A program made the translations under genes and the position numbers. The notes beneath the pieces were generated by a model. That model was not told the DNA's origin. It saw only the letters and a program-made list of their open reading frames with translations, and did not search any database. A stretch of 64,000 bases of DNA from the human T2T-CHM13v2.0 reference genome, Homo sapiens: the NCBI RefSeq assembly GCF_009914755.1, contig NC_060927.1, one strand, 5' to 3'. This document shows positions 63,658 through 64,000 of this stretch, piece by piece; the stretch's first letter is position 1, and every line of letters starts with the position of its first letter.

Positions 63658-64000
63658 TTAATTATCTTAAATGAGATTTTTTTTTGCCTACATTCTATCA
63701 TTTTTGGTTCACTCTGTAATTCACCTTTTAAATAAGGATTGACTAAAAACCTTTTATGTGTGGGGCACTCACTGCTCAAGGGAACTATGACTATAGAAGT
63801 AAACATGGTAGATGAGTTCCCTGTTCTTGTGTTATTATTTTTTAAAAATTCCCCCACAGTGTAATAGAAAATGACTGGCATCACAGATTGGGAAAAGGCA
63901 GAGCTGATATTTATTGGAGATAATGGCACTCATTTTTAAAAAAGTGATATTTAAGTTAATAACTAATTGGCAAGAAACCCTTTGAAAATCTTGGTGAGGA

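Overview
Eukaryotic, AT-rich, CpG-depleted primate DNA, almost certainly human: a near-pristine AluYa5 sits at 47788-48074. I find no credible protein-coding exon, RNA gene or CRISPR array. Every long ORF in the track is an L1 remnant, an Alu or LTR reading frame, or a simple-repeat artefact, so this looks like intergenic or deep intronic DNA. It is dominated by transposons: a full-length L1PB, a 5'-inverted (twin-primed) L1PA3, truncated L1PA4/5, L1PA7 and L1PA8 copies, old L1M/L2/MIR fragments, eight Alus, many solo LTRs (MLT2, MLT1, MST, MER4, MER52/61-like, MER31-like, LTR12C) and DNA-transposon relics (Charlie1, Tigger, MER5, MADE1). The most unusual structure is a composite MADE1 (Hsmar1 MITE) whose two inverted 50-bp arms enclose a ~140-bp copy of sequence from 1.3 kb downstream. 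Also notable are two inverted L1PA copies sharing three non-consensus bases (possible gene conversion or inversion) and several fold-back/template-switch scars (2159-2215, 50661-50699, 54267-54414). An LTR12C promoter is nested inside an Alu. Subfamily names come from recalled consensus sequences, not a database search. I see no evidence for a new multi-gene system.
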